Assembly (NCBI RefSeq): GCF_006345805.1 | Contig: NC_043000.1 | Coordinates: forward strand, 110,050,001 to 110,114,000 | From: Octopus sinensis | Taxonomy: Eukaryota | Length of the DNA: 64,000 bases | Reading direction: 5' to 3' | Shown here: positions 24,430 to 39,039 of the stretch, one piece after another | How positions within the stretch are numbered: the first letter of the stretch is position 1 | Layout of the letters: every line of letters begins with the position of its first letter | Translations under genes and position numbers: made by a program | Notes under the pieces: model-generated | The model's input: only the letters and a program-made list of their open reading frames with translations | Databases searched by the model: none | Told to the model about the DNA's origin: nothing

Positions 24430-26025
24430 CAGAGCAAGCATGGGTGTGTGGTTAAGAAGTTCACTTTGGAAACACACGCTCTGGAGGTTTGACCCCACAT
24501 CATAGCTAAAGTTGGCTGGCAGCTTCTACTACAGTAAGAGGCTGACCAATACCTTGTGAATGAAACTTGGCAAGTGGAAATGGCAAAAAATGACCACACA
24601 CACACACACACAGAAATTGTGTGTGTATGTGCAGAAGTGTAACTTTGAATTCCCTTGTCTTGACATTTATGCAGTAATTGGAAGCGAAGATTCACCATTC
24701 ATATCAACCATGTCATTTTGTTTCGAGTCCTCCAAGAAAGCATCTCCAAGCTGATTGCTGTTTAATAGACCAAGAGAAATATTAACCCGCTTACAAACAG
24801 GTGAGGGTTGGCATCAACAAATGTATTTGGCTGTGGAAATTCTGCTTCAATGAAAACCTGCCAGACGAACCAAGCCTGCAAAAGTGGACATTATGATGAT
24901 GATGATGAACATACAACAGGCTTCTGTACAGTTTTCAAACTACCAAGTTACCCTCATAAGGTATTAATCACCCCAGCACTATAGCAGAAGACATCTGCTC
25001 AAGCTTGGAGGCAGTAACAGGTAACCAAAACCCTTGGCGATATACTGTACTTGTGTAGACCTGTGAGACTAGTTGTGGCCGATGCTGGTGTCAGGTCAGA
25101 GGCACATAAAAAGTACGCACTTCACTTGCAGAGTTGTTGGTGTTAGGAAGGGAATCAAGCCACAGAAACCTTGCCAAATCAGATTGGAACCTGGTGCAGC
25201 TCCGTGGCTTACAAGTTTTCAATCAAACCATCCAACCCATGCCAGACTGGAAAGTGGATGTTAAACAACGAACGAACCATGCAGTGGAATTGAGCCAAAA
25301 ATAATGTAACCATGAACCAAAGTTCTAATCCACACATCTATGCCTCACCTATCATCATGCTTGTATCTTGTTTAGCTCCAGTGGGATAAGAGCCATTAGA
25401 TAGAGTCTTAGAGCTAAGGAGGAGCTAATGGAATTTGAACTGCAAATGTCTTAAATCAGTACCTGAGGGCTTACTGATTCTGCCACACAGCTTTCACAAT
25501 AAAGAAGAACTTAGCATTTTTACCTGTGTTGAAGGTGCCGGTAACACTTGTATAGAACCTGTAACTGGTTGTGGCAGAGATGTTGGAAGGAACTGTATCT
25601 GTGTGGTGCCTGGCACCGGATTGGAAGCAGGCTGTAAGTTGATCATTTTAGAGCGATTATCTTCTTTTTTAATGATTTGCTGCAACATACCAGACACTCT
25701 TCCAGTTGGTTTGCCCGACACTGTTGTCTACAAGATAACAAAACAAATAATTAGATAATTAATGAAGAAGTTTAATTATCCTTTTATATGTGTTTAGGTA
25801 AAGATTTCCACAAAACTTATATGCTTGTTAATAAAGAGATTGACCATGTTTTACAAAGGCCTTAATCATTCATGCACACGCGCACACCGCGACCGCCACC
25901 ATCTGCTTTCCAAGCCAGCATGGTCACTGAAGTCTCCTGCATTCAGCTCCGGTCAAACCATCCAACCCATGCCAGCATAGAAAGTGGACATTAAATATGA
26001 TGATGAGAATGATAAAGATAATAAT

Positions 26026-26075
<50 letters not shown>

Positions 26076-26166
26076 TTATTTATATTTCCTGAGCGCCATA
26101 CTAATACAATTGTTTGTTTGTTTCCCACCTGCCTTCGTCTTTTGTCTATTTTCATAAAGCTTCCCG

Positions 26167-26208
<42 letters not shown>

Positions 26209-27206
26209 TGACATAAAAAGCACCCAGTACACTCTTCTAAGTGGTTGGCATTAGAAAAAGGATCCAGCTGTAGATATTTCTCTGGAGTTGTTCTTCCATG
26301 GTTTCACAAGGCCCATGGAAGGATTTAAACATAGCAGGGTTCCTCTTTGTTGCAAGAATTCAGACCAGGTCTTGTGTCCAACAATAACTCCCTCCCTTGT
26401 ATCCACCAGTCTTGGAGGAAGTCCTGATAACATTACAAAAACTACATTCCATTCTTGATATTTAAAAAAATTAAAAATCCTCATTTAACCCTAATTCTCT
26501 CATCATGATTCTATCAAGCCTATTGATTATTGTAGAGGTGTACTTGCACAGCAAGTGTCCTGATCTGAGATCAAATGAGGAAAGTCAAGTGATTTGCAGA
26601 GTGGAAGACATAAGTAAACTGTTCAGAAACATACAAAAACTGATAACTTTTGATAGTCCTTGAGTGTTTCTAAATGGTTAGCTTATGTCTTTTAAGACAC
26701 TGCAATTGTTAGAGATTATTTTTGCTAACAAAGAATTAGACAAGTGTTTACTCACATTCAGCGTCTCAACAGATCGAATCTCTGGCAGTTGTTGCGCTGC
26801 AGCTGTTACAGGTTGTTGTCGCATGGTGGAGATGACAATCGGCGCAGTTGTGCTCGTCGTGTTGGGTAAGGCATCATTGAGGACAATCATATTCTGTGGG
26901 TTTCCCGTCATCAATGTACCAGAAAGCGTGGTTGTTGGTGTTGTTGTTGTCGATAACGCTGCTGCTGCTGCCGATACTGTGGCCGTTGTGGCCGATGCAG
27001 ATGGAGTGGAAGGCAATGTATGGGTCGCTGTGGGCTGCACCGTTGAACTGGTTGTCTGAGACAGTTGTTGCGTACAGCTGTTCATGTGCTGAGGCCAGTG
27101 GTTGGCCTGGCATTGGTAATCACAGTAACTGGTGTTCCAGCAGCAATACAGCAGGGCTTCTTTACTGCAGTTGGCACACTAAACACAAAGAACAAAGAAC
27201 ACTATA

Positions 27207-27245
<39 letters not shown>

Positions 27246-30200
27246 TGCCTGATGCAGTACCAGGCAGTGGCTCTCATGGCTTCTGATCTTAACTGATTGG
27301 AAGTGTTATCATGTACATTGTTTTGTCTTGGTATAAAAAATGGGCTACAGCAAATATTCTGCTCAATACCACAGATTTGCTTGTCAGTTGTTTGACCATA
27401 ACCAGTTCAGCATGTCCCTTAGCGGCTGATGATATGTGCATCTCTGATCACGAGCAGAAGTAGTGGGGGAGCATCATAGCTGTGTGTTGAGAGGGATTCT
27501 TTGGGGTTTGAATAATTCACCTCTGGAAACATGGGTGTTTCGTTCAACATCCTTAAACAACCCTTATTCAGGGACCTTTCGAGTGGGATGGGTTACTCGA
27601 CCTGAAGAAAATTCTAATTGGGCCCCACCTGCAAGATCATGTGCTGTTTATCTTGATATGAGATCACCATGTTGTGCACATATGGTTGTGATGCATGTGC
27701 CTAGTGTACCCTTATCAGACGGGTAGTCATGATGGGTATATTGGGCTTCGTATATTTTACCCCAGTGTCACTTTGATGGCATGCACTGCTCTCTCACTCA
27801 ATAATAATAATAATAATAATAATCCTTTCTACAACAGGTACAAGACTTGAAATTTGGTTAGGAGGAGGACAGACGATTACATCAACTGTAGTACTCAACT
27901 GGTGCTTATTTCATCGACCCCGAAAGGATGAAAAGCAAAGTCGGCCTCAGCTGAATTTGAACTCAGAATGCGAAGACAGATGAAATACCGCTAAGCTTTT
28001 TGCCCAGTACGCTAACAATTCTGTTAGCTCACCTTAATAATAATAGCAACAACAACAATATTGATGATGATCATCATCATTTCCACTAAAGGCACAAGGC
28101 TTGAAATTTGTGGGGAGGAGAGTAGTCGATTACATTGGCCCCAGTGTTTCACTGGTACTTATTTTATCAACCCCGAAAGGTTGAAAGGCAAAAGCTGACC
28201 TCAGCAGAATTAGAACTCAGAATTCTTTTTTCTGGTTCTTTGCATTCAATGCATTTTGTCCAATGTGCTAATGATTCTGCCAGCGCAGTCTTAATAATAA
28301 TAATAATGATGATAAGGAGGAGGAGGAGGGTGCAGGCATGTGTTTGCATTTAAAAGAGTGCATTGGGATGTTAGCTGGGGATGCATTCAAAGAAACTCAA
28401 GCCTTTTTGAGCCTTTTCCATGATGTACTTGCAGCCAGCTTCATGCCTGAATGACTTCATTGTCTGTTGATACAAGAAACAGTTTTGTCCTGGCGTGTGA
28501 CTGGCTGTGAGTACACATCAATGAAATTGCCCTAAAAGGACCGAAAGGCTCTGTCATTCTTACTGGCTGCTGCTGCTGGGCCAGTTTTTTGTATCTCTCC
28601 AATATTTATTGCTTTTAATGCAGCAAATCCATAAACGATGTTATCTCAGGACAAATAACACAGTAATTGGCCTATCAATGGTGTATACACGTCAAGAATG
28701 ATACACAGACGGCTATTTTAATTAATGTTTTACTTGCCTAGATTAATCAGGATGCTGAGAATTAAATGTTATGACAGATACAGCACAATAACACCAATGA
28801 CAGGAGGTAATTTAGCAATTCTTTGACTGGTTGTCTAGCACCATATGGACTCGACCATCTGTTGCTTTCATGCAGTGAAAACGTATAAAAGAAGTGAATG
28901 GGACAAAAGCAAGGCTAAGCATACCCATTGTTTCTTCTTTGTTTCCTCAATGGATTTCATCTTTTCAATATCACATTGTTCTCTGATCGAGGAAGCAAAA
29001 CGTTCTTTCTCATTTTCCCAACTTGCTCGTATCTCTGCCACAGTCAGATCTGAGGAAACAAAAACAGATTCACTCAACAATTACATTTAGAAAACACACA
29101 CACATAATAATAATAATAATAATAATAGTAATGATTTCTCATATACATAAATACATAATATCCATCTATCTATATATATATATGCACAATTAGTACATGG
29201 AATTAATGCTAGACATTAAAACTGGAATAAATTAATTTCTACTTACTTAGGTTATGTTTAATTTCTGCAATTTCCTGTTCATGGATCCATCGAAGTTTCT
29301 CAAGCTCCTGATGGTAGTGTTTCATAATGATCTAAAGAAATAAGAAGAATTAAATAACAAGGAATCTTTACTTCATGACAAGGTGTATGAAGGATGAAAA
29401 AAGGATTTTGTCAAAATGCTGGTAATGGTAATGGAGTAAAAAATACCTGTCAAACTAGGTAGCTGTGTTAATCTGAGCAGTGGTTGGATCGTTGTTGCCA
29501 TCATTATTCTTTAATGTCCATTTTCCATACTGGCATCTGTTGGATGGTTTGACCAGAGTTGAGAAGATCAGGAGCTTTACCAGGTTCCATTGTCTGTTTT
29601 AGCATGGTTTCTACAGCTGGATGCCAACCACTTTACAGAAGGTACTAAGGGGTTTTTTATGTGGCACCATCACCAGTGCTTTTTACATGAATTAAATTTT
29701 TAATCATCTCAGGTTGAGATAAAATTTCGTTTTTGTATTTGCAAGGTTTTTGATGTGAACAGGATTCATTGCAACAGATTTTGCTGATTGTTAGGAGGGT
29801 CATTATGCTAACTAAAAGTGGGCATGTCATTGATGAGGTCACAAAAGGTGGTAAAAGGGCTTTGACAAACCTGATTCAGTGATTAATAGAACAATTAATA
29901 AAAGAATCAGTTAATTAGTTATTTGGTAAAAATTATTAACCAATTGACTAACAATAATAAAAGTGAAACAGAATCAGTGTGTGTGTGTGTGTGTGTTTAT
30001 TATAGGCAAAATGACCCTCCCAAGATACAAGGAAATACAGATACAATGTACTTCCAAGTGAAGATAAATAGAAGAGCCCAACTTTAAAATGAGAATATCT
30101 GTTTTTGGACACAGCATGCTATGGGAAAGTCCATTTGAATGGTTTTCCTATTGCCTTCTTTAGTTAGACCAGAATCTCAGGACTAATGACACAAGTGAAA

Positions 30201-31701
30201 GGAATAACTAGATACAGGAACTGAAAGCAACTTGGAGACTTGTAAAACGTATCTTTTGTTTTATGGGACAAACTACATCAGCAGAATAAAACTGAAATAT
30301 CAATTACAGCATGGGAGATACATATTCACGATTTAAACACACAAAGACTATTAAGTTCACTTACACATTTATTATTTGTTGTCCAAATTTCCATTGCATC
30401 AGCTGCAACCTGGTTACTGATGTGGTTTCACTACAACACTGTGACCAGGCCACAGAAAGAGTGACAAGAATTCTGACATCAAATGATGAGTGTCTGAATA
30501 AAGTTAACAGTCTTTGTGTTTTTTTGAATGGCTGATCTGTGCCTGCCAATGTTGTGATTGTTTTAGTTTGAACATGAGAGTCTCAAGATCAAATTCCTTA
30601 CCAGGCTCCAAACTTAAGAGGAAACTAAGATTCAGGAAACAAGAATTAAATTATAGTAAGGAAAAAAAAAATGTCAGCCAAGCAACATTCACCACACAGG
30701 GCAAAGAAAGACAAACTGTCTGAGTTCAGTTTCTTTTTATTTACTCTATTTGATAGAATATAAAACACTTTTTTCCCCACAAAAAATGTCTTTGTCCTAA
30801 TTGTAAATTTTGACCAATATTACTTTAATACAGTAAGAAACCTTTTTTTCTCTGGAATATGTGCTGCTGGAATTGGGGTGGATTTAATATGTCCAGGCAT
30901 CAAACTAGGTAACTGATAAATGAAAGCAGATTTCCTTAGAGTGTGAAATAGGAACAATTTAGAGAGATTAACATTTAGCTTAAATTCTTGAAAATGAATG
31001 ATTCACAGAACTGACCAATCAAATGTTTATTGAACTGTATTAAGACAATATTCAGATTTGATATGTATGAAATTGGAGCAAAATACTGTGAAAGTAAAAA
31101 TATCTGTTAATGTGTTTGGTTTTTATTTTGTTTAGGTTAAAGTGCAATAATTAGCTCCATAAAACAAGTTATCCCACCTTAGTCAACAAATTCTCAAAAT
31201 TGTTTTATTTAAATATCATCAAATACAAGTTCACAAAAATTATTGATTCCTTTTAACAAGATATAAAGTAAATTTTTACAGATAAGTGGATATGGTTAAT
31301 TGAACTGTTGTCAATAGATTACCAGTATTTATCTTATTGGTCCTGGGGATTTCTATCCACAATGCAGAGGAATTCAACTAAATATTGTAAAGTATTTATT
31401 TAGTCAGGCAATCTTCTGCCTCTTCCAACCCACAGCCTACCACCTTTATTGAATGCATGATTCACGTAAATAAATGTTCAATGCAGCTGAACAATCTTAC
31501 CTGATGACTATGTTTAGTCAACATGTCAGCATACATTTCTTCAAATGATTCTCGAATGCTCTTTGATAGCTAAAGGAATTAGAGAGAAACAAAATATTGA
31601 AAATTTCAGAGAAAAAAATGAATAAGTTTTAAAGAACTTTACAAACATTAATTTTATACAAGAATAATTTTTAAACATAAATAGTGGTTTTGTCTCTAAT
31701 A

Positions 31702-31759
<58 letters not shown>

Positions 31760-31997
31760 CATATGTGGGCACAGGATGTCATGAAACAGGTGCAACAAAA
31801 AAAATACAAAGTACGAGTGCACAGAATATGAACTATTTTTTCGAACAATGAAAGACACAAATGGAAAACAAGACAAACAACATAAAGAACGACCGTTATC
31901 AGTTGTTGGCTGTTTTTCTACTCTTGTATTTCGAGCATTTAACAATATTCATATTTTTTATTGTACATGTTTCATGACGTCCTGTGCCCAAATATGC

Positions 31998-32056
<59 letters not shown>

Positions 32057-35000
32057 ATATGACTGAACACCATGCAACCTCTTCCAAGTAAGTTTTATAT
32101 ATATATATACATACAGAGAGAGAGGGAGAGAGAATTTTTGTAACCCATTTGTTGATAAATGAAATTCCCAACCTTAAAACCTTCTGGAAAAAAGATGCTG
32201 AAAATTAGATTCGTCCCTGTTTATATTTTCGCTCAAGATTGTGAGGACAAAATACAAACTATATACAACATTAGTCGCTTATGTTGAATATTGATGAAAC
32301 CTCCATACTAAGAAGGTTTCTTATTCCAAAATTCCCAAAGTTATAACATTTAATACTATACATGACATATATATTGAGTAAAACTTGTGAAACTGTCTCA
32401 TATACAGACTGATACATTTGATAAGTTATTTTTCCAACAGAATAACCTCAAACATCTCTGATCATTCTGTTTGTTTTCAATTATTGTGCAAGCTGGCACA
32501 AACGTTAGCACGCCGGGCGAAATGCTTAGCCGTATTTCGTCTGTCTTTACGTTTTGAGTTCAAATTCCACCAAGGTTGACTTTGCCTTTCATCCTTTCAG
32601 GGTCGATAAATTAAGTACCAGTTACGCACTGGGGTTGATCTAATCGACTGGCCCCCTCCCTCTTGTGCCTAGAGTAGAAAAGAATTATTGTGCATAATAC
32701 TTTGGTCTTGCTACTCTACAGAATCCTTCCCCAAACAACACGTGAAATACATTTCATAAACCAAAAAGGTAGGGCAACCTTCTGCAATTCTCTTGAGTGC
32801 AATGGCCCCAATTTATTTAGTTGAGCAATCAGTACGTCTGGGGTTTGTTGCAAATCAAGAAATTCATGTTTTAACAGTCAACTGAAAAAGCTTAACCCTT
32901 TTAACACGAAATCACTTGTGATCCCCCCAGGGTCTGTGGTATGAAACTTCTTATTTTCCAAGGGGGTGTAGTTCACCAGAAATGAATTAAATACATACAA
33001 GAAAAAATAAATTCTCTCAAAAAACCTCACCTGTTTTGTGTATTTCTCAACCATTTGGTTGATTTCGATTGGTCGGCTAGCATCACTCCTCATGGCAGCT
33101 GAGTTTTCTCCAGGTTTATTCTTTAAGAGTCCAAGAAGAAGAGTTGCATCCGTCACAATGGAAGGAAGAGCCAGATTCGAACTTTCACTAGAAAAAAGAA
33201 AAAACAACAACAAAAGGAATAAAATAACAGATTTAAATATTTAAATGCAGAATTGCAAAATAAAATGGTTGGTACTGATTTGGCTTCAAGAGAAACTCAA
33301 TCCTTTCATGAAGTCCAAAGCTTCCAAAAGGCAACGTAAAACCATTCTACCCTTTACTGTGGGGTGTCTGTTGTTCCAGTTATTGGACCCTGCTCATGAT
33401 GGGGGACCAGCTTGAAGAGTTTTGGCAAAGAAATCAGCTCCAGAACTTATTTCTTAAGATTGCCACTTATGCAATCAGTGTCTTGTCCAATTGAACACTA
33501 AATTACAGGGATATAAATAGACCAACACTGGTTCTCAAGAGTAAAGAAGCCATGAATTTGTAGTGAGGAAATAAAAAGACCGTCATACCACTGGTATTTT
33601 ATAAATTACTCAGGTATCAATAATAGTAGACTAGCATCTCCCAGTACGGGTATGTCAGTTGTGTAATACAGGTACACAAGCCTTTACAGGTGTATAATAC
33701 AGCTTATCAACCATAACAAATACCAGTGATTTCAAATTTTGGCACAAGGCTTGCAATTTCGGGGGAGTTGGGTAAGTCAATTACATCAACCCCAGTGCTC
33801 AACAGGCCCTTATTTTATCGACCCCTGAAAGCATAAAAAGCAATGTCAACCTCAGTTGAGTTTGAACTCAGAATGTAAAGTGTTGGATGAAATGTCACTT
33901 AGCATTCTGTCTGACATACTAACAATGCTGCCTCACAGTACAGTATAATAATGAGTCCCAGACAGTTCAATACACAGGTCATAACAATTGGAGAGTAAAG
34001 TTCACTGGTTACAACAAGACTTCATTTCAATACACTGACCATAACAAGTATACAGGACAGTGCATCAATTAGGACAAGCGGATGGTTGAATATGGGGGCA
34101 GTAACAAGCATACAGTACAATGCACCAATCATATAATAAAGTGAAAGAGCACAACAGGGTTAAGGGAACACAAAACAACATACTCTGTGGTAGATTTGCT
34201 GTCACCGTTCTTATTTCCTGCAGAAGTCGATGTATTTGTCTTGGCAGCGGTTTTCCTGCCAGTGTTGCGTACACTGCTGCCTGCGTTAGAATTCAATCCA
34301 GGATCAGAGACCTGTAGGTCAACAGAACCCTTATCTGTTGTCTGTTGATTCATCGTTGGTACAGAAACCTGTTTCTGCATTTTGGCAAGGGGTCGGAATG
34401 CCGACATCTGAGAATCACTAAGGTTTCGGAGGCTGGTATTTTTCTTTGGTGGTGAAGACAATATTAACGATAATTGATTGTTTCCTGTCACCGATAAGGT
34501 GTTGTTAGGTGTGGAGCCTGGCTTATCTGAAACAAAGTTAGGGTTTATATAGAAATAGATTTAACGAATTTATATAACATGATCAGGTTACACAATTTAT
34601 GAAAGCTTTTGCATAATGACATAATAGCTGATTAATTAGGGGCAACAGATAATTGAATGTTTAACTGTTCATATCCTGTCCAACCTCTCTATTGTTTTAT
34701 GTATATGACCAAGAGACTTAACACTCAAACAGTCCAGTCCACTTAGCTCACGGGGGGAGTACAGCATGCCAGAGCAATACATCAACATAATCAATAACAA
34801 CACTATAAAACTGATCAATACTGCCAAGTCACCAATCAAAATTTGCAACAGTTTATTACTAGTACTTATGAGACTGTCACCTTAAGAACAAGAGAAATGG
34901 GAAATGTGATGTGGCTATGGACATTTCGTAGGTTAGACAGTGACATAGCGAGAGAGAAAGAGAGAGACAGTGTGTGTGCTGTCTGGGGTAGCCCTAGAGC

Positions 35001-38000
35001 TCTCCCAACTTTGGGTCCCAAAGCCTGTACAGGCTTATACAGCAGACTCAAATTAGCAGTTTCACACACCATTATCTTCAGTTTATGGCGTTAATGTTTA
35101 CAGACTTAAAATTTGACCTACCTTTCCTTTGGTTGCTCGAATTTTCATTGTTTTTCATCAAGATACTGTCAAACCCAGCATTGGGTTTCAAAATTCTTCC
35201 AGCTTTTAGGTAACCGTGATTGACATTTGTGGTGTCTTGGATAGGTTTTGGTGCCAAATTCACATAAGATTTCATGTGTGATATCAAATTCTTATCAATT
35301 GGTGATTCTACTTCTTGTTTTATTTGGTGTAGTTGAACCATTTTTCTTTTTGGCATTAAAGGCATATGAGAAGGTGCACGAGATTCAGAACTTTCTAATT
35401 CAAGACCAGGTTCCGTTTTGATATTCTTTAACCGGTTATCGATTCCATTTGCAAACACTTTGTCCTCAATTTCTCCAACACTTTCCATACACACTTTCAC
35501 AGGACTCTTGTCAGAAGACAAGTCAGAATCGCTGCTGGGAAAGAAAACACCTGGACACGCCCGCTTTTTAGGTAATATTGATGAACTGTATGATCTTTTA
35601 AATGGTTTTGTTGGGGCTTTATTAGGGATCGGTTTTGTTGTGAGTGCTGTGGTTGTTTTTGTTGTTGTGATGCTGGCAGTTGGTGTGGCATTAAATGGAC
35701 ATGATGTTGTGATTGTGGTGGTGGTTCCAACGGCAGCAGAGATTGCTGCCGTCGTGGATGATGGGTGAGACGAGATTGATGTAAATGATTGGGAGGTGGA
35801 AAATGCTGATGATGATGATGAAGAAGAAGAAGAAGAAGGCATGGAAGATGACAATGAACTACTGACTGTCGTAGACTGCAAAGTTTGAGTGGGTTGGGTG
35901 GAAGCTGCGGTGGAGGTCAGCTGTAACATTTTCATCATTGCACCACGACGTGTTGTGATGATGCTGCTGTATTTGTTTTTCACAGCAGAAGCAGTCTTTG
36001 TAATCACAGATACCTTTTCAGACATCTTGCTATCTGAAGATGTGCTTTTACTACTACTACTACTACTTGAAGATTTACTTGAACTTAGTGAACTGTTGTT
36101 CTTTTTAGAATTTGCTTCGGAACTTTCCGGACTTTTAGTTCTTTTTGGAGAAGGATGCAGCTTTAAAGATTTAAGTTTTGAAGATTTCCCATTTTTGATA
36201 TATGGACTGTTGCTGTCGTAGAGTGAACGGAATGGATAAAACTCAAAAGTTCCAAACTTTTGCCTAAAATAAACAAAAAGAATATAATTAAGTAAAATAA
36301 TGAAATTTTTGTCAAATGTGGACAGTTTTTCGTTTTATAATTTAATTTTCATTCAATTTTCTTTGCATAAATCTATCAATACTTAATCCTTTTGAAAAGG
36401 CTAATTCTCAAAGACCCACCAGACTCTGACAGCTTTAACACACCCACAATACGGCATGAAATTGGAGGAAATCTCTTCATATTCTCGGCCAACATATATT
36501 CCTGTTATCTTTCTCCACTAATTATTATTCTGATAATTATTCCAATAATCACTCCAATATTCACATAATTACTTCAACAGTATCAAACACAGAATTATTT
36601 CGTTAATTTCCTTATCAGATCTCACACACTACACACACACACACACACACATTCTTTTCTTCTTTTACTTGTTTCGGTCATTTTGACTGCGGCCATGCTG
36701 GAGCACTGCCTTTTAGTTGAAGAAATCGACTCCTGAACTTATTCTATTGGTCTCTTTTGCCAAACTGCTAAGTTACAAGAACATAAACACACCAACATCA
36801 GTTGTCAAGTGATGGTGGCAGGGACAAAAAAACATAAATACTTACACACACGTGTGTGTGTGTGTATGTATAAGATGGGCTTCTTTCAGTTTCCATCTAC
36901 CAAATCCTCTCACAAGGCCTTGGTCGGCCTGAGGCTATAGTAAAAGACACTTGCCCTTGGTGCCACGCAGTGGGACTGAACCTGGAACCATGTGGTTGGA
37001 AAGCAAGCTTCTTACCACACAGCCACACCTGCACGTATATGTATATATTCCATACAATTAAGCACATGTTTATCTAAATGCTTAAGTTTCACAAGCTTTA
37101 TATTTTCAATGCTTGACTCCAACAAAAAACAAAATAGCAAAAGGCTTTAAAAGTAAAATTATCAAAACAAAAACAAGAATAAACAAAAAAAAAAGCAAAA
37201 ACAATCACAAGAGTGGCAAGTGTCTTCTATTATAGCCCTGGGCCGATCCAAGCCTCGTGAGAGGATTTGATAGACAGAAACCGAAAGAAGTTTGTCATAT
37301 AAATGTGTGTATGTTTTTGTGTGTCTGCGTTTGTTACCCCATCATCGCTTGACGACTGATGTTGGTGTGGTTATGTCCCTGTAACTTAGTGCTTCAGCAA
37401 AAGTGACCGATAGAATAAGTACTAGGCTGACAAAGAATAAGTCCTGGGGTCGATTTGTTTGACTTAAAGGCGGTGCTCCAGCATGGCCGCAGTCAAATGA
37501 CTGAAACAAGTAAAAGAACAAAAGAATAAACCCATACCTGTATTTTTCAATGTATGTCTTCAGTTCAGTCATAGAATGGTCAAAACCACTTCTTTTGGAC
37601 TTCATCACTGTTGGGCACTCTTTGGAATACAAATACACTTGAGAGACAGGAACCCAAGATCTAAAAGAACAAGAGAACAAGAGAATTTATAAAGAATGGC
37701 AGAAACTAAAGACTGAAGGACCAATAAGGTGAAACTGTAGCTTAAAACCCATTAAGTCCCAGAGTTCTCAAATTTCTGAATATTACTTTTAAATTTGTAC
37801 AGATGATTGAGAATAGGTTAAAATGAAAAAAAAATAACTATTAAAACTCCTTTACTTCAAGTAGAAATGGAAATACTCGGTGTCCTATAAATAGGACACT
37901 GAGACAATGTGATTATAGCTTATTTAATGTTCTCATTTAGGGTCCTATTTATAGGACAGTGGGACTTAACGGGTTAAGCAATATTGTTAAGTACATCAGC

Positions 38001-39006
38001 TGCTTCTAAAGAGGGACCCAGTTCCATAGACAAGGGCAAGATATGCTACAGATTATCTGAGACTTCATGACCTCAAATGATTGAGTTCGTTATATGGAAT
38101 GCTTGTAACAAGCTTCACAACATCTGGCAATCAGGTATGTCAAAGACCTTCAGGGTATGTGTAGAAGGGTAACAGATGTTTTGGGACCATTTACTTGGCA
38201 TTGCTGAGTTGGTGCTGACTTATTGATGTCAAATTTTTAAGTCTATGAGTCCCAAGAAGAGTTTGAAGGACTTTAAAATGACCCTGAAAGCAAGAATTGT
38301 TTATTGGTTCTCTTGAAATATAGTTATGTCTTCTATGAAACATAGGAACTAAGAGACGGCCCTCTAACCCATCCAGGAAGGCAGTAATTAACAATGTTAA
38401 ATGACTTGGATTGTGATGACTTGTCCAACTCATATCAGCTTGGAAAGTAGATGTAAAATAATAACGAGGAGGAGGAGACATATTTACATAACAGAGGTGC
38501 ATGACCGAGTATTTAGGGGGTTGGACTTGTGATTGAAAGATTGTGGTTTCAATTCCTGAACCAGGCGATGTATTTTTTTTTTTGAGCAAAACACTTCATT
38601 TAATGTTGCTCCATTCTACTCAGTCAAAATGAGTCATCCTGCAAGAGACCAGCATCCCATCAAGGGAGGAACATAAACACCAGAGAAACTGAGAAATCAC
38701 CCTATGCTCTTTACAGAGTAAAGTGGACAAACCCTATTTACATAATTTGTATATAATATTTTCTGACATAGTAATAACAAATTTGCCCTCAGAGGGAACA
38801 AAAAACACTGCGAAACAAACGAAATCTTATTAAAATTAAGTGAAATGAAATATAGCCTTACCGATCATGGGCACCAAAAAACCGTACATCCACCATGCCA
38901 TTTTTTTCCCGCAATGCCTGTTTGGGAAAAAAAAAGGGGATCAAATACTGTAGAATATATGTACATTGTGACAAGCATGATCATAGATTATATATATATA
39001 AATATG

Positions 39007-39039
<33 letters not shown>

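Noticed and set aside
30361-30549. Extra ZMYND8 exon with a gtaagt donor near 30364
   Set aside because: Exons 31501-31569 and 29247-29331 already join in frame and match the family alignment; no convincing acceptor and frame.
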